In this document: positions 1-11,813 of the stretch, in pieces | Layout: every line of letters starts with the position of its first letter | How positions within the stretch are numbered: the stretch's first letter is position 1 | Source of the DNA: an uncultured Nitrosomonadales bacterium | Lineage (GTDB): Bacteria; Pseudomonadota; Gammaproteobacteria; Burkholderiales; Gallionellaceae | NCBI GenBank assembly: GCA_903885165.1 | Contig: CAISHO010000084.1 | Location: 6,813 to 70,812, forward strand | DNA: 64,000 bases | Reading direction: 5' to 3' | Made by a program: the position numbers and the translations under genes | Notes under the pieces: generated by a model | The model's input: the letters and a program-made list of their open reading frames with translations, nothing else | Databases searched by the model: none | Told to the model about the DNA's origin: nothing

Positions 1-55
1 GCACCCGACCGCCCAACTGAGCGCAAATCTCCGTCAGTGTGTACGAAGCCACCAT
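1..55 (-). CDS. lpxD: UDP-3-O-acyl-glucosamine N-acyltransferase, 5' end only (runs off window)
   Basis: ATG at 55 reads MVASYTLTEICAQLGGRV, like LpxD N-termini; directly follows skp in the conserved bamA-skp-lpxD order. Confidence 0.8.
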   Translation of the reverse strand, partial: MVASYTLTEICAQLGGRV

Positions 56-56
56 A

Positions 57-554
57 CTACTTGCTGTCCGACAAGCTCTTGATCACCTTGTCGGTGATAT
101 CGATACGAGGATTACGGTACACCGCTTCCTGCAAGATCAAATCATACTTTTCAGTCTCTGCGATGGACTGTATTGCCTTGTTAGCACGTTCTAGCACCAC
201 CGCCAGCTCTTCATTTTTGCGCAGATTCAAATCTTCACGAAACTCGCGTTGCAGGCGTTGTAAATTGACGTTCAGTGCACTCAATTCACGTTCCTTGTTG
301 CGTCTGTCAGCGTCAGACAGGCCGCTGGACTCCTTCTCAAGCAGCGTTTGTACATCCTTCGCCTGCTTCATCGTCTTTTTGATTTCCTGATCGCGCTCAG
401 AAAACTCTTTTTCAATCTTTTTTTCCGCTTTCATCGCAGGTGCTGATTCGCGCAACACACGCTCAGTATCCACGATGCCAACTTTGAAATCGCCGGCAAC
501 AGCCGTACCCGCAGTCAGCAACAACGCACACAACGCTAATTTAATCTTATTCAC
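57..554 (-). CDS. skp: OmpH/Skp periplasmic chaperone
   Basis: Signal peptide, KVGIVD..., coiled coil, C-terminal DITDKVIK; between bamA and lpxD. Confidence 0.95.
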   Translation of the reverse strand: MNKIKLALCALLLTAGTAVAGDFKVGIVDTERVLRESAPAMKAEKKIEKEFSERDQEIKKTMKQAKDVQTLLEKESSGLSDADRRNKERELSALNVNLQRLQREFREDLNLRKNEELAVVLERANKAIQSIAETEKYDLILQEAVYRNPRIDITDKVIKSLSDSK

Positions 555-596
555 CGCAAACTCCTTACATAAGATCAGGTCATACCCGACTTCGCT

Positions 597-2870
597 TTAG
601 AACATCGAACCCAGGGTAAATTGGAATTTTTGCAACATATCCTGAGGCTGCCCATTCAACGGCACACCAAAACTGAACTTCAATGGCCCCATCGGAGACA
701 ACCAGGTCACCGCAGCACCCGTCGATGCGCGTATACCGGAACTACCCGGCAAGTCACCAGGGCCATATACCGCACCCGCATCCAGAAAAGCGCTCAGACG
801 CACTGACTTGTCCTTGATACCTGGAATCGGCGTCATCAGCTCCATACTGCCGACCACGCGGCGCGTTCCACCCAGTGCCAGATTAGTCGCATCGCGAGGA
901 CCCAATGAATTAGCCTGATAGCCGCGCACCGAACCGGTACCACCTGCGTAAAAATTCTTGAAGAATGGCATCTGCTTGCCGCCGTACCCACCGCCCACAC
1001 CGGCCATCCCGTTGGTCATCAATGTCCAGTTTGTAGACAGCGGATAGAACCACTGATGATCATAATTAAGCTTGTAATAGCGCATATCCATGACCGGCAG
1101 CGCGACTTCCATATAAGCATGCTGCACTGTCCCTTGCGTTGTATAGATCGCACTGTCGCGGGTATCCCGCCCCCAACCCAACGTGCCCAGCACGGTTGTG
1201 TTTGAAGCACCAAAGGTATTCACATAATTTATATAGCGCACCGGACTCAGCGCCGTCAATCCGATGTTGGTGTTTTCGGCGGAAAGACCGAAACTGATGC
1301 TTTGATCTTCCTGGATAGGCACGCCGAAACGAATACCGCCGCCCAGCGTAGAAGAGGTGTATTGGCTGATCGCAATATTGGTGGCATTCACGTTGCGTTT
1401 ATACACATCAAAACCGCGACTCATGCCTTCATCCGTGTAATACGGATTGGTATAGGAAACCGATACGTTTTGATTGATCTTGCTAGTATTGAGCTGGGTA
1501 GACAAATGGTTACCGCTACCGAACAGATTTGCCTGCGATACACCACCCGAGAACACCAGACCTTCACCACTGTTAACCCCCGCACCGACGGTAAAACTAC
1601 CCGTCGATTTTTCCTTGACGGCCACGTTGACATCCATTTGATCAGCCGTACCCTGAACCTGAGGCGTTTCTACACTCACCTCAGAGAAATAATCCAGCCT
1701 GTCGGCACGCTGCTTGGATTTCTTGATTTTCTCTACATCAAACCACGCACCCTCAACCTGCCGGAATTCGCGTCGGATAACTTCATCTCGCGTCTTGGTG
1801 TTGCCCGCGATATTGATGCGACGAATATAGACGCGCTGACCGGGATCGATCACCAGATTGAACGACACCTCATGCGTTTCTTTGTTTAGATTAGGAATCG
1901 CATTCACATTGGCGAACGCATACCCTTCAGCCGCCAGACGCTCTCCGACTACTTTACTGGTTTCAGACAAAGCCTTGCGAGAATAACTGTCACCGGATTT
2001 TATCTTGATCAACTTTTCTATTTCTTCCTTCGGAATCAAAGTGTTGCCAGAAACGGATACTTTAGTCACCGTATACTTGGCGCCTTCGTTGATATTGATT
2101 GTGATGTAGATATCCTTCTTGTCCGGTGTAATGGAAATCTGCGTGGAATTGATGTTGAACTCCAGATAACCGCTGTCCATGTAGAACGAGCGCATGGCTT
2201 CCATGTCCGCCGATAATTTCTGCTTGGAATACTGATCGTTTTTACTGAACCAGCTCATCCAGTCCGGCGTACTGAGTTTCATCAAGTCGAGCAAATCCGA
2301 CTCCGGATAGATTTTATTGCCGACGATATTGATCTGTTTGATCTTGGATACTTCACCTTCCACTACGTCAAAAACGATACCAACGCGATTGCGTTCCAGC
2401 TCGGACACTTTGGTATTGATAGTAACGCCATATTTACCGCGCGCCACGTATTGGCGCTTCAATTCCTGCGTCGCCTTTTCCAGCGCGCCCTTATCGAAGA
2501 TACGCGATTCGGCCAAGCCGGCATATTTCATATTGTCTTTGAGTTGATCCTTGGGAAAATCCTTCACCCCATTGACCTGAATGCTAGCAATCGAAGGACG
2601 CTCCTTGACCAGCACGATCAATACGCCCTGCTCGACTTCCAGACGTACATCCTTGAAGAAGCCCGTGCCGTACAAGGCGCGAATCGCGACGGCGGCCTGT
2701 TCATCGTTCATGGTTTCGCCCACCTTGACCGGCAAATAACTGAACACCGTGCCCGCTTCCGTACGCTGTATACCCTCAACACGGATATCCTTAACGGTAA
2801 AAGGAACAATGGCCCAGGCGGGCGTCATGAATAACAGCGAAATGATTCCTGCAAGTTTTGTTTTGTTCAT
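597..2870 (-). CDS. bamA: Outer membrane protein assembly factor BamA
   Basis: POTRA repeats (FTVKDIRVEGIQR), VRGY motif, C-terminal FQFTLGSMF. Confidence 0.98.
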   Translation of the reverse strand: MNKTKLAGIISLLFMTPAWAIVPFTVKDIRVEGIQRTEAGTVFSYLPVKVGETMNDEQAAVAIRALYGTGFFKDVRLEVEQGVLIVLVKERPSIASIQVNGVKDFPKDQLKDNMKYAGLAESRIFDKGALEKATQELKRQYVARGKYGVTINTKVSELERNRVGIVFDVVEGEVSKIKQINIVGNKIYPESDLLDLMKLSTPDWMSWFSKNDQYSKQKLSADMEAMRSFYMDSGYLEFNINSTQISITPDKKDIYITININEGAKYTVTKVSVSGNTLIPKEEIEKLIKIKSGDSYSRKALSETSKVVGERLAAEGYAFANVNAIPNLNKETHEVSFNLVIDPGQRVYIRRINIAGNTKTRDEVIRREFRQVEGAWFDVEKIKKSKQRADRLDYFSEVSVETPQVQGTADQMDVNVAVKEKSTGSFTVGAGVNSGEGLVFSGGVSQANLFGSGNHLSTQLNTSKINQNVSVSYTNPYYTDEGMSRGFDVYKRNVNATNIAISQYTSSTLGGGIRFGVPIQEDQSISFGLSAENTNIGLTALSPVRYINYVNTFGASNTTVLGTLGWGRDTRDSAIYTTQGTVQHAYMEVALPVMDMRYYKLNYDHQWFYPLSTNWTLMTNGMAGVGGGYGGKQMPFFKNFYAGGTGSVRGYQANSLGPRDATNLALGGTRRVVGSMELMTPIPGIKDKSVRLSAFLDAGAVYGPGDLPGSSGIRASTGAAVTWLSPMGPLKFSFGVPLNGQPQDMLQKFQFTLGSMF

Positions 2871-2876
2871 TTAGTA

Positions 2877-4232
2877 CTAACCTGAAATAAGGCGATTAAT
2901 ATCGTTGTAGACGGCGAAAACCATCAACGTACCCAGCAAAGCAATTCCTATCTTCTGTCCGATTTCCCAAGCCTGTTCTGAGACCGGGCTACCTTTGACC
3001 AATTCAACGACATAATACAGCAAGTGACCACCATCCAATAAGGGAACAGGCAGCAAATTCAACACACCCAGACTGATGCTGATCAACGCAAGAAAACCCA
3101 GATAGGCTGCCCATCCCATGTGAGCCGACTGACCGGCGTAATCGGCGATGGTAATCGGCCCGCTGATATTTTTCATGGACACTTCACCCAGCACCATTTT
3201 TCCCAGCATTTTCAAGCTGATAACTGAAGTGTCCCAAGTCTTATTCAAGGCATGCATGAATGCATCAACCGGTGGGTAACTGACCTCAACCAGCAGCGCA
3301 TCAAGGACTGATTTATCCACTTTGGGTGCGGCACCGATTTTCCCAACAATTTTACCGGACTCAGTCACCCCTTGCGGAATCATCTTCAGACTCAACAGCT
3401 GATTTGCTCGCTGAATGTCCAGTTGCACATTGAGCCCCGGATGGCTGCGCACCACCTCAACTAAACCGCTCCAACTCGTTAAAGGGATGTCATCTGCACG
3501 CAGCACAAGATCGCCCTCCTGCAACTGCGCCATCTGCGCCACACCACCTTCGGTCAGCTTACCGATCACCGGCAAAATCACCGGTTGATACAGATGTAAT
3601 CCCAGTTTATCCATAAACGCGCCGTCCAGATCACTCGCCTCCAATTCACTCAGATCTAATGAGTGAAACAGCGTCGTACCGTGATCGCTGAGCGTTTCGA
3701 TCTTAACTTCTCCTTGTTTCAACGCCAGCGTGAGTAATGACCAGTGCAGTTCCTGCCAACTCGGGATCGCGACACCATCGATACTGACGATAGTCTCTCC
3801 CGCATGCAACAAGGCCGCAGAGGCAGGCGTACCCGTCGGCACTACACCCAATATCGGCTTTAAACCCGGCAGGCCGTGCATCAATAACACCCAATACAAC
3901 ACAATCGCCAGCAGAAAATTAGCGATGGGGCCGGCTGCCACGATAGCCATGCGCTGTAAGACCGGTTTGCGGTTAAAAGCCTGGTTGAGTTCTTCTGGCG
4001 GCACTTCACCTTCGCGCTCATCCAGCATCTTGACATATCCGCCCAGCGGAATGGCGGATATCACCCACTCGGTATCCGAATGAGCAAAGCGTTTAGTCAA
4101 CAGCGGCTTTCCAAATCCCAGCGAGAAACGCAAAACTTTAACCCCGCAGCGGCGCGCCACCCAATAGTGTCCATACTCATGGAACACTACCAGCAGGGCG
4201 ATTGCAACAATGAATGAAAATAATGTAATCAA
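2877..4232 (-). CDS. rseP: RIP metalloprotease RseP
   Basis: HEYGH zinc motif, PDZ domains, [12 protein letters not shown]. Confidence 0.97.
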   Translation of the reverse strand: MITLFSFIVAIALLVVFHEYGHYWVARRCGVKVLRFSLGFGKPLLTKRFAHSDTEWVISAIPLGGYVKMLDEREGEVPPEELNQAFNRKPVLQRMAIVAAGPIANFLLAIVLYWVLLMHGLPGLKPILGVVPTGTPASAALLHAGETIVSIDGVAIPSWQELHWSLLTLALKQGEVKIETLSDHGTTLFHSLDLSELEASDLDGAFMDKLGLHLYQPVILPVIGKLTEGGVAQMAQLQEGDLVLRADDIPLTSWSGLVEVVRSHPGLNVQLDIQRANQLLSLKMIPQGVTESGKIVGKIGAAPKVDKSVLDALLVEVSYPPVDAFMHALNKTWDTSVISLKMLGKMVLGEVSMKNISGPITIADYAGQSAHMGWAAYLGFLALISISLGVLNLLPVPLLDGGHLLYYVVELVKGSPVSEQAWEIGQKIGIALLGTLMVFAVYNDINRLISG

Positions 4233-5416
4233 TTGATTATTTTGGTAATTTCTATATCAGCCGCACGGCGAGCTTGTGCATCGGCGCATAGCACATCATC
4301 CAACCCCGTCACCGAACAAACCGGCAGCGTATCGAGCACAGCGGAAATCACGCGCGGAATGGCTAAAAAAGCGATACGCTTATCGAGGAAAGCGGCAACT
4401 GCGATTTCGTTAGCCGCATTCAAGATCGCCGGAGCAGTCCCTGCGGTGCGCAGCGCCTGATAAGCCAAACCCAGACAAGGAAAACGCTCGAAATCGGGTG
4501 CTACAAAACTTAAGGTTGCGACCTTAAACAAGTCCAGCGCGGCGACACCGGAAGCGATGCGCTCTGGATAAGCCAGGCCATAAGCGATCGGCGTGCGCAT
4601 ATCCGGGTTACCCAGTTGTGCCAGGACCGAACCATCCACATATTCGACCAAGGAATGAATCACGCTCTGCGGATGTATCACCACCTGAATGTCATCTGCG
4701 CTGGCGTTAAACAGCCAATGCGCTTCGATCACTTCCAGGCCCTTATTCATCATGCTGGCGGAATCAACCGAGATCTTGCGCCCCATCACCCAGTTCGGAT
4801 GGGCGCACGCCTGCTCAGGCGTCACATTTTCCAAGTCAGCAAGACGGGTGTTGCGGAACGGACCACCGGATGCGGTGAGTAGAATCCGCCTGACGCCTGC
4901 ACCTGTCATATTACCATCGTAGCCGCGCGGTAAAGCCTGAAAGATGGCATTGTGCTCACTGTCAATCGGCAACAAGGCTGAACCGCTGATACGTATCGCG
5001 TCCATAAACACATTGCCCGCCATCACCAGCGTTTCTTTGTTCGCCAGCAGGATTTTTTTACCGGCACGTGCGGCTGCCAGCGTGGGTCGCAAACCGGCTG
5101 CCCCCACAATCGCTGCCATCACCGCATCCACTTCAGGCAACACGCTGACCTGTTCTAAGGCATCCACCCCGCACAACACCTCAGTCTTTAATCCGGCTTC
5201 ACGCAACAAGGCACGCAATTTCTTGACTGAAGCTTCATCCAGCAGCACTGCATAATCAGGTTTAAATTGGCTGCATTGCTGAAACAGCAAATCGACCTGA
5301 CGATTCGCTGTCAGCGCAACAATCCGGTATTTATCAGGGTGGCGTGCTACTACATCCAGTGTGCTGGTACCTATACTTCCGGTAGAGCCTAATACGGTCA
5401 AATTTTGCATGATCAA
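4229..5416 (-). CDS. dxr: 1-deoxy-D-xylulose-5-phosphate reductoisomerase
   Basis: [36 protein letters not shown]. Confidence 0.98.
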   Translation of the reverse strand: MIMQNLTVLGSTGSIGTSTLDVVARHPDKYRIVALTANRQVDLLFQQCSQFKPDYAVLLDEASVKKLRALLREAGLKTEVLCGVDALEQVSVLPEVDAVMAAIVGAAGLRPTLAAARAGKKILLANKETLVMAGNVFMDAIRISGSALLPIDSEHNAIFQALPRGYDGNMTGAGVRRILLTASGGPFRNTRLADLENVTPEQACAHPNWVMGRKISVDSASMMNKGLEVIEAHWLFNASADDIQVVIHPQSVIHSLVEYVDGSVLAQLGNPDMRTPIAYGLAYPERIASGVAALDLFKVATLSFVAPDFERFPCLGLAYQALRTAGTAPAILNAANEIAVAAFLDKRIAFLAIPRVISAVLDTLPVCSVTGLDDVLCADAQARRAADIEITKIIN

Positions 5417-6267
5417 GTCAGTTGTTGCATCATAATCACTAGGGCTGCCAGCGGCAGAGTCGGGGTCAGGGCATCAATTCGATCCAGCAATCCGCCGTGA
5501 CCGGGCAACAAAGATCCGCTGTCTTTGACGCCGGCCTGACGTTTAATCGCGGATTCAAACAAATCACCGATGACGGCTAGTCCCACCCACCACCAGGCCG
5601 TCAGTAACAAGATGGGCAAAAGTGCCAGTTGAGCAGAATAGGGACTGATGGTCCACGTCAGCGTCACATAAACGGACACGCTAAGCATTGCCCCGACCAC
5701 CCCTTCCCAGGTTTTACCAGGACTGATGCTAGGAGCTAATTTGTGTTTACCGAATCGTCGTCCGCTAAAATAGGCACCAATATCGGCGACCCATACCAAC
5801 CCCATCAAAAACAACAACATCCAGGGCCCGGTAGCTAAAACGCTTCCCTCTTGTACATCATGACCGTGTAAATCCAGCATGGACAATCCGGTCGGAATCA
5901 GCACCAACCAACCAACTAGGCCCATCACCAGCGGGCTTTCCAATTTCCATCCGGCTATCATCCAGGTAGGCACAACGATAATCCAGAAGAAGGCAGCAAG
6001 GGCATAAATCAACAAGTGGGGAATAAGTTGCTCGACGTCGCTATGATTAGAATCAAACCAGAGCAAGCCTATCATCAACAACAGCGTAGCTGCGGCATAA
6101 GTATAGGCCAAACTGACGCTCATTTTTGCGAGTTTTGCCCATTCCAGCACACCTTGCATCACGACGACGACCACAAAACCCGCCCACCAGATATCGGGCA
6201 GCACGAACAGGACCATCAATAACAGCAGTAACAAGATGACAGCGGTGATGATCCTAGATTTAAGCAC
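5413..6267 (-). CDS. cdsA: Phosphatidate cytidylyltransferase
   Basis: SPGKTWEG and [31 protein letters not shown]; start placed at GTG 6267 (VLKSRII), ORF track extends to 6333. Confidence 0.95.
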   Translation of the reverse strand: MLKSRIITAVILLLLLLMVLFVLPDIWWAGFVVVVVMQGVLEWAKLAKMSVSLAYTYAAATLLLMIGLLWFDSNHSDVEQLIPHLLIYALAAFFWIIVVPTWMIAGWKLESPLVMGLVGWLVLIPTGLSMLDLHGHDVQEGSVLATGPWMLLFLMGLVWVADIGAYFSGRRFGKHKLAPSISPGKTWEGVVGAMLSVSVYVTLTWTISPYSAQLALLPILLLTAWWWVGLAVIGDLFESAIKRQAGVKDSGSLLPGHGGLLDRIDALTPTLPLAALVIMMQQLT

Positions 6268-7039
6268 GTGTGACTCCCAATGTTTTTTGTCCGCCTTGCA
6301 ACTGGTCGCTGGTCCGTCCAAAACGGCGCTCACGTTGCATATAGGAAGCTATCGCCTTTTCAAACTCCTGACGATCAAAGGCCGGCCACAAGGTATCAGT
6401 AAAATACAGTTCCGTATAAGCTAATTGCCAGAGCATGAAGTTACTGATGCGCTTCTCGCCTCCTGTACGGATAAATAAATCCGGTTCAGGCGCACCACTC
6501 ATCGACAAGTAAGGGCGCAGATCCTCTTCGCTAAAAGTCGTAGCCAGTTCGGGTTTATCCTGTAACAGAGTGTGCACCGCATGCATGACGTCCCAGCGCC
6601 CGCCGTAATTAGCCGCAATAGTAAGTACCAGCCCAGTATTAGCAACCGTCAATTTCTCGGCCGCAAGCATGGTTTGACAGAGCTTATCGTCAAATCGACT
6701 GCGATCACCGATAATTTTTAAGCGGATATTGTTTTTGTGCAGACTGGCAATCTCGCGTTCAAGCATTTTCAGGAACAGCGACATCAAAAAAGAGACTTCA
6801 TCGACCGGACGACGCCAGTTCTCACTGCTAAAGGCAAATACCGTCAGATAACCCACACCCAGATCGCGACAGGAGCGAACGGCATCGCGCAGCGACTCGA
6901 CACCACGCTGATGACCCATGATACGCGGCATGAAACGCTGTTTAGCCCAGCGCCCGTTGCCGTCCATAATGATGGCAACATGACGTGGGATACTGTCAGC
7001 ATCCGGGATAGTACGTGTCGAACTGGGCAGAGTAGTCAT
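6260..7039 (-). CDS. uppS: Undecaprenyl diphosphate synthase
   Basis: HVAIIMDGNGRWA, FSSENW, RTGGEKRISNF; likely ATG 7039, upstream extension is heptamer-repeat DNA. Confidence 0.96.
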   Translation of the reverse strand: MTTLPSSTRTIPDADSIPRHVAIIMDGNGRWAKQRFMPRIMGHQRGVESLRDAVRSCRDLGVGYLTVFAFSSENWRRPVDEVSFLMSLFLKMLEREIASLHKNNIRLKIIGDRSRFDDKLCQTMLAAEKLTVANTGLVLTIAANYGGRWDVMHAVHTLLQDKPELATTFSEEDLRPYLSMSGAPEPDLFIRTGGEKRISNFMLWQLAYTELYFTDTLWPAFDRQEFEKAIASYMQRERRFGRTSDQLQGGQKTLGVTRA

Positions 7040-7043
7040 ATAG

Positions 7044-7140
7044 GATCTCGGATTGAGATTTGAGGTTTGAGGATTGGGTAAAAATAGCAATCTGCAAGCG
7101 CGCCGTTCTCACTCCCTACTCCTTACTCCTCACGCCTCAC
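7044..7140. repeat. Two heptamer tandem arrays between frr and uppS
   Basis: gattgag-atttgag-gtttgag-gattggg (7051-7078) and ttctcac-tccctac-tccttac-tcctcac-gcctcac (7106-7140). Confidence 0.8.
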
Positions 7141-7145
7141 TCGTA

Positions 7146-7703
7146 TCAAACGGCCATTAAATCAACTTCTTTTGCAGCCAGCGCCTGGTCGATTTCAAGA
7201 ACAAAACGATCAGTGAGTTTTTGTGTTTCTTCCTGAATGCGGCGCTCATCGTCTTCGGAAATTTCTTTCTTCTTGAGCAATTCCTTCAGTGCGTGATTTG
7301 CATCGCGACGAATGTTGCGTACGGCGATTTTTGCATCTTCACCTTCCGCCTTGACCACCTTGATCAGGTCGCGACGGCGCTCTTCGGTCAGCATAGGCAT
7401 CGGCACTCGAATCAACTCGCCATTAGTCGAAGGATTCAAACCAAGATCGGCATCACGTATTGCACGCTCAACCTTGCCTATCATGTTCTTTTCCCACGGT
7501 TGCACGCCGATGGTGCGCGAATCGACCAGAGTGACGTTGGCCACCTGAGTCACCAGCGTTGGACTACCGTAGTAATCCACCATCACATGATCGAGCAGAC
7601 CTGTATGTGCGCGACCGGTACGAACTTTACCCAAGTCAGCTCTCAATGAATCCAGCGACTTACGCATTTTTTGTTCAGCAGTTTTTCTGATTTCAGCTAG
7701 CAT
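7146..7703 (-). CDS. frr: Ribosome recycling factor
   Basis: [30 protein letters not shown]. Confidence 0.98.
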   Translation of the reverse strand: MLAEIRKTAEQKMRKSLDSLRADLGKVRTGRAHTGLLDHVMVDYYGSPTLVTQVANVTLVDSRTIGVQPWEKNMIGKVERAIRDADLGLNPSTNGELIRVPMPMLTEERRRDLIKVVKAEGEDAKIAVRNIRRDANHALKELLKKKEISEDDERRIQEETQKLTDRFVLEIDQALAAKEVDLMAV

Positions 7704-7805
7704 GGTTATCTCCTATTTTCTCAGGTCTGGTCAACAACAGATCCAGACCGCAACCTATCGGGTTTAATGACACGCACACAACCCGAAAAAATATTTTATT
7801 AATTA

Positions 7806-7844
7806 ATAAGTTATAAACCGGCATCGCGCCGGTTTATAACTTAT
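7806..7844 (-). terminator. 16-bp inverted repeat at the pyrH stop, likely terminator or RNA stabilizer
   Basis: ataagttataaaccgg-7 nt-ccggtttataacttat. Confidence 0.65.
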
Positions 7845-8560
7845 TCTACACGAACCAAGGTTCCTTCACCCTCACCAAATACCACGCGTTTCAACGCGCC
7901 CGGTTTGAAGATACTGAAGACGATGATCGGCAATTTCTGATCGCGGCACAAAGTCAGCGCCGTCGCATCCATCACCTGTAAATTCTTGCTGATCGCCTCA
8001 TCAAAACTCAGAGACTGATAGCGTATGGCATGCGGATCCTTTTTGGGATCAGCCGTATAAATACCATCCACCTTGGTGGCCTTGATCACCACTTCGGCAC
8101 TCATTTCCACACCGCGCAATGCAGCAGCGGTATCCGTGGTAAAGAACGGACTACCAATACCCGCCGCAAAAATCACGACCTTACCTTCTTCCAGATAGCG
8201 CAGCGCCTTACCGCGTATAAACGGCTCGGCAACTTGCTCTAGATTCAGGGCTGACTGGACACGGCAATCCAGACCCGCACGGCTCATTGCGTCCTGCAAG
8301 GCCATCGAGTTCATTACCGTGGCCAGCATCCCCATGTAATCGGCGGTGGCTCTATCCATCCCTGCTGCGGCAGGTGCTACACCACGGAAGATATTACCGC
8401 CGCCGATCACCATCGCCACTTGCACACCCATCTCGACGACTTCCGCAATCTCAGCTACGATGCGCTCAATAACTACGCGATTAATGCCGTAGCTATCATC
8501 CCCCATCAGAGCTTCGCCTGACAGTTTAAGCAGAATACGTTTGTAAACAGGTGCGCTCAT
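7841..8560 (-). CDS. pyrH: Uridylate kinase
   Basis: [33 protein letters not shown]. Confidence 0.98.
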   Translation of the reverse strand: MSAPVYKRILLKLSGEALMGDDSYGINRVVIERIVAEIAEVVEMGVQVAMVIGGGNIFRGVAPAAAGMDRATADYMGMLATVMNSMALQDAMSRAGLDCRVQSALNLEQVAEPFIRGKALRYLEEGKVVIFAAGIGSPFFTTDTAAALRGVEMSAEVVIKATKVDGIYTADPKKDPHAIRYQSLSFDEAISKNLQVMDATALTLCRDQKLPIIVFSIFKPGALKRVVFGEGEGTLVRVE

Positions 8561-8565
8561 GATGA

Positions 8566-9465
8566 TTATCCTTGTGCCGCAGCGATCGTCGCAGCCACTT
8601 CAGCCGCGTAATCTTCAACCTTCTTCTCAATGCCTTCGCCAACCACAAACATCTGGAAAGCAGCAACAGAAGCGCCACGTGCCTTCAACAACTGTTCAAT
8701 GGTTTGCTTGCCGTCTTCCGCTTTCACAAAAACCTGACCCAACAGTGTCACTTCTTTTAGGAACTTTTGCACCGTACCTTCGGCAATCTTGTCCAGCATT
8801 GCATCAGGTTTGCCAGCTTCGCGTGCTTTTTCAATAGCGATGCGGCGTTCAGTTTCAATATCAGCAGGATTCACACCAGAGCTATCGACTGACTTAGGCT
8901 TAGAAGCTGCGATGTGCATACAGATATCGCGCCCCAAAGACGCTTCACCACCGGTGAAATTAAGCAATACGCCGATTTTGCTGCCGTGCAAATAACTCGC
9001 CAGCGTGCCGGTCACTGTTTCATAACGCTCAAAACGGCGTATAGAAAGATTCTCTCCCAGCTTCATCAGCAAGGCCTTACGGGTTTCTTCAACGCTCAAC
9101 TCACCACCAGCGATCACCACTTCAGACAAAGCGGCGATATCAGCAGGATTGTTCAGTGCAACCGTTTCGGCAACGGCCTTAGCGAACGCGATGAAGTCGT
9201 CATTCTTAGCCACAAAGTCGGTTTCGCAGTTGACTTCAACCACAGCACCAGTCTTGCCGTCAGCCGCGATAAACGCGCCAACTACGCCTTCAGCAGTCAC
9301 GCGGGAAGAAGCCTTGCTGGCTTTAGCACCGCTCTTGATACGCATCTGTTCTTCAGCTACCTTAAAATCACCATTAGCTTCGACCAAAGCCTTTTTACAT
9401 TCCATCATGCCAAGACCGGTTGCTTCACGCAATTCCTTGACCATACTTGCGGTAACTTCTGCCAT
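8566..9465 (-). CDS. tsf: Elongation factor Ts
   Basis: [29 protein letters not shown]. Confidence 0.98.
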   Translation of the reverse strand: MAEVTASMVKELREATGLGMMECKKALVEANGDFKVAEEQMRIKSGAKASKASSRVTAEGVVGAFIAADGKTGAVVEVNCETDFVAKNDDFIAFAKAVAETVALNNPADIAALSEVVIAGGELSVEETRKALLMKLGENLSIRRFERYETVTGTLASYLHGSKIGVLLNFTGGEASLGRDICMHIAASKPKSVDSSGVNPADIETERRIAIEKAREAGKPDAMLDKIAEGTVQKFLKEVTLLGQVFVKAEDGKQTIEQLLKARGASVAAFQMFVVGEGIEKKVEDYAAEVAATIAAAQG

Positions 9466-9496
9466 GTTCTGCTCCTAAATTCTGATAAAAACTTAC

Positions 9497-9520
9497 AAAA
9501 AAAGGGGCTTGCGCCCCTTT
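9497..9520 (-). terminator. Intrinsic terminator-like hairpin between rpsB and tsf
   Basis: aaaggggc-ttgc-gccccttt with an A7 run that gives a U tract on the minus strand. Confidence 0.7.
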
Positions 9521-9537
9521 CTGCGCTCAATTTTAAA

Positions 9538-10272
9538 TTAAGCTACTTGTTCTGTCGGCTCTTCAGCAACTTGCTGAACCAGCTCATTCAATGCCTGCGC
9601 GCGACCTTCCAGAATCGCATCAGCGATACCGCGAGCATACAAACGAATCGCTTGTGTAGAGTCATCGTTACCAGGAATCACGAAATCAACGCCCAATGGC
9701 GAATTATTAGTATCAACGATACCGATAACAGGGATACCCAGCTTCTTCGCTTCAACAACCGCACCCTTTTGGTAGCCGACGTCGATCACGAATAATACAT
9801 CAGGCAGACCTTGCATATCCTTGATACCGCCCAGACTGCGGTTCAACTGCTCCAGTTCGCGGTTCAATACCAGCGCTTCTTTCTTGGACAGGCCTTCTGC
9901 ACCGCCGTCAGCCATGATAGCTTCCAGTTCACGCAGACGCTTGATCGACAATTGAACCGTCTTGTAGTTTGTCAACATACCGCCCAACCAGCGGTGATTA
10001 ACGAATGGGGAATTTGCTCGAACAGCTTCTTCTTGCAAAATATCACGTGCCTGACGCTTAGTCGCAACGAACAGGACGGTACCCTTTTTCGCGGACAATT
10101 TGCGTACATAGCTTTCTGCTTCTGCAAACAGCGCTACGGACTTTTCCAGGTTGATGATGTGAATACGGTTGCGATGACCAAAGATGAACGGTGCCATCTT
10201 AGGGTTCCAGAAACGGGTTTGGTGACCAAAGTGAACACCAGCATCCAGCATTTGACGCATTGTTACAGCCAT
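9538..10272 (-). CDS. rpsB: 30S ribosomal protein S2
   Basis: [35 protein letters not shown]; ATG 10272. Confidence 0.98.
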   Translation of the reverse strand: MAVTMRQMLDAGVHFGHQTRFWNPKMAPFIFGHRNRIHIINLEKSVALFAEAESYVRKLSAKKGTVLFVATKRQARDILQEEAVRANSPFVNHRWLGGMLTNYKTVQLSIKRLRELEAIMADGGAEGLSKKEALVLNRELEQLNRSLGGIKDMQGLPDVLFVIDVGYQKGAVVEAKKLGIPVIGIVDTNNSPLGVDFVIPGNDDSTQAIRLYARGIADAILEGRAQALNELVQQVAEEPTEQVA

Positions 10273-10287
10273 GTTTATTCCTATCGT

Positions 10288-10352
10288 AAGGGTTATAACT
10301 ACCATTCGCCAGCCTGACTCTTACGAGCACCCCAACTTGCGCGAATGGGAAA
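10288..10352 (-). promoter_or_regulatory. rpsB (S2) autoregulatory leader, t44-like
   Basis: Minus strand has a ccattcgc...gcgaatgg stem, GGGGUGC and UAACCC just upstream of rpsB, the hallmarks of proteobacterial S2 leaders. Confidence 0.75.
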
Positions 10353-10586
10353 TTTACACCGGCTAATTCCGATGCAACTCGTATTGTAACATCAATCAGT
10401 CACCCCACTCAACCGGAAAAAGCATCGACTAAAATTTAGCACAGATTATCTGCGCCCTTTATAGCACAGCGCTGACAGCAAAGTTACGTGCAAAAATTCT
10501 CGTAGCGATTTCACCAAACAATTGCTGGCTATAGCCGGTGGGTTTGAGCTCTTAAAATCTGCATCGTCGAAGAAAATATGAAAATG

Positions 10587-11813
10587 TTAAATGAACCCAT
10601 ACACTTTTAAGGTCTGTTGCTTTCCCTTGGCTACCACCTGACGTGCTTCATGATCGGTGGTTATCAGCTTCAGTACACCGGTGGCGTCTTCTGATAACAA
10701 TAGCTCTCCCGGTAACGCTGCACTACAAATCCGCGCACAGGTGTTAACCGGATCTCCAGTAATTCTGATGGCCTTGGTGGTGTTTGAGCCGACTAGCCCT
10801 TCTATCACTTCACCGTAATGAACGCCTATCCCCACCGTCAAACCAGATTGTTTTAGTTGATCGATACTCATTTTCTTCAGCGCCTGAATGCGCTCGAGCA
10901 AATTGTTATCAGGTGCAAACCATGTCATCACCTCATCCCCCGTAAACTGGGGTTTTGCTCCTCCGGCATTGACGATGCATTGCTCGGCGGTTTCATAATA
11001 TTCGTTGAGCATGGCTATGATTTCCTGTAATTGATGTTTTTCGCTCCACTGAGTAAATCCACGAATGTCCATGAAAAGGATGATTTTCTGTGTACGTTGC
11101 CCTTGAATCGAGACCACCCCTTCCACACTTGACTCCGTAAAGGCTTCATCGAAAGACCAGCCGGTTAATTCATGTAAACGTTTTGCAATGTGCTGTAACA
11201 GCGCAAAAGACTGATTCCTGGATGCCTCACTCACCCCGATCAGAAAACCGAACATGAGTGAACTGGAAAGAATATAGGCATGGCCGGGCAGACTCCAATA
11301 CTCAATGAATGAGGCGTAAGTCAAAACTCTGGCAATTTCCGTCGAATACCATTCTGCAAAAAAATAGAGCGAAGGAAAGAGCGAGACACGCAAGAGGTTC
11401 ATCAGGATGGTCTGTAGATGGACAAGCGACTGCTGTCTTGAGCGCCAATAGGTGAGCAGTGCCAATAGAACAGAAAATGCCCAATAAATCAAATGGTAGG
11501 GCGAATTGATAAATTTAGCCCAGCCATCCAAAGCAACATCCACAAGACTATAGGCAACGGGTGCAATTAATAAGTACAAGGCGCTTTTCCAGGCTGAGTG
11601 ACGCCCTGAATACTCAATAACCCAAGTTTGCAAGACAGCGCTTATCAATAACAGGTAATTGGCCGGATCTGCCAGCGTTGCCCTTATTCCATCGTTTACA
11701 GCGATATAGGTAAGAAAGAAAATCTGGAATAAGCCGGAGTTTAAAAAAAACTCGCGAAGCATACGTTCTTTCGGTGTACCTTCTATACGCTGACTGATGG
11801 ATATTGTTTTCAT
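10587..11813 (-). CDS. Membrane-anchored class III nucleotide cyclase (adenylate/guanylate cyclase domain)
   Basis: Several N-terminal TM helices; LFMDIRGFT, QFTGDEVM, GIGVHYGEVIEG, GDPVNTCAR, KGKQQ. Confidence 0.88.
   Translation of the reverse strand: MKTISISQRIEGTPKERMLREFFLNSGLFQIFFLTYIAVNDGIRATLADPANYLLLISAVLQTWVIEYSGRHSAWKSALYLLIAPVAYSLVDVALDGWAKFINSPYHLIYWAFSVLLALLTYWRSRQQSLVHLQTILMNLLRVSLFPSLYFFAEWYSTEIARVLTYASFIEYWSLPGHAYILSSSLMFGFLIGVSEASRNQSFALLQHIAKRLHELTGWSFDEAFTESSVEGVVSIQGQRTQKIILFMDIRGFTQWSEKHQLQEIIAMLNEYYETAEQCIVNAGGAKPQFTGDEVMTWFAPDNNLLERIQALKKMSIDQLKQSGLTVGIGVHYGEVIEGLVGSNTTKAIRITGDPVNTCARICSAALPGELLLSEDATGVLKLITTDHEARQVVAKGKQQTLKVYGFI

Noticed and set aside
8914-9795. 293-aa + strand ORF spanning tsf/rpsB, and similar long antisense ORFs (26130-27014, 37369-38031, 36427-37026, 1302-1889)
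   Set aside because: They lie opposite well-conserved genes, have no recognisable motifs and are expected codon-bias shadows
10587-11813. Calling the cyclase a Pycsar defence system
   Set aside because: No adjacent PycTM or PycTIR effector with a cyclic-nucleotide-binding domain, and the enzyme is TM-fused; kept only as a specificity hypothesis
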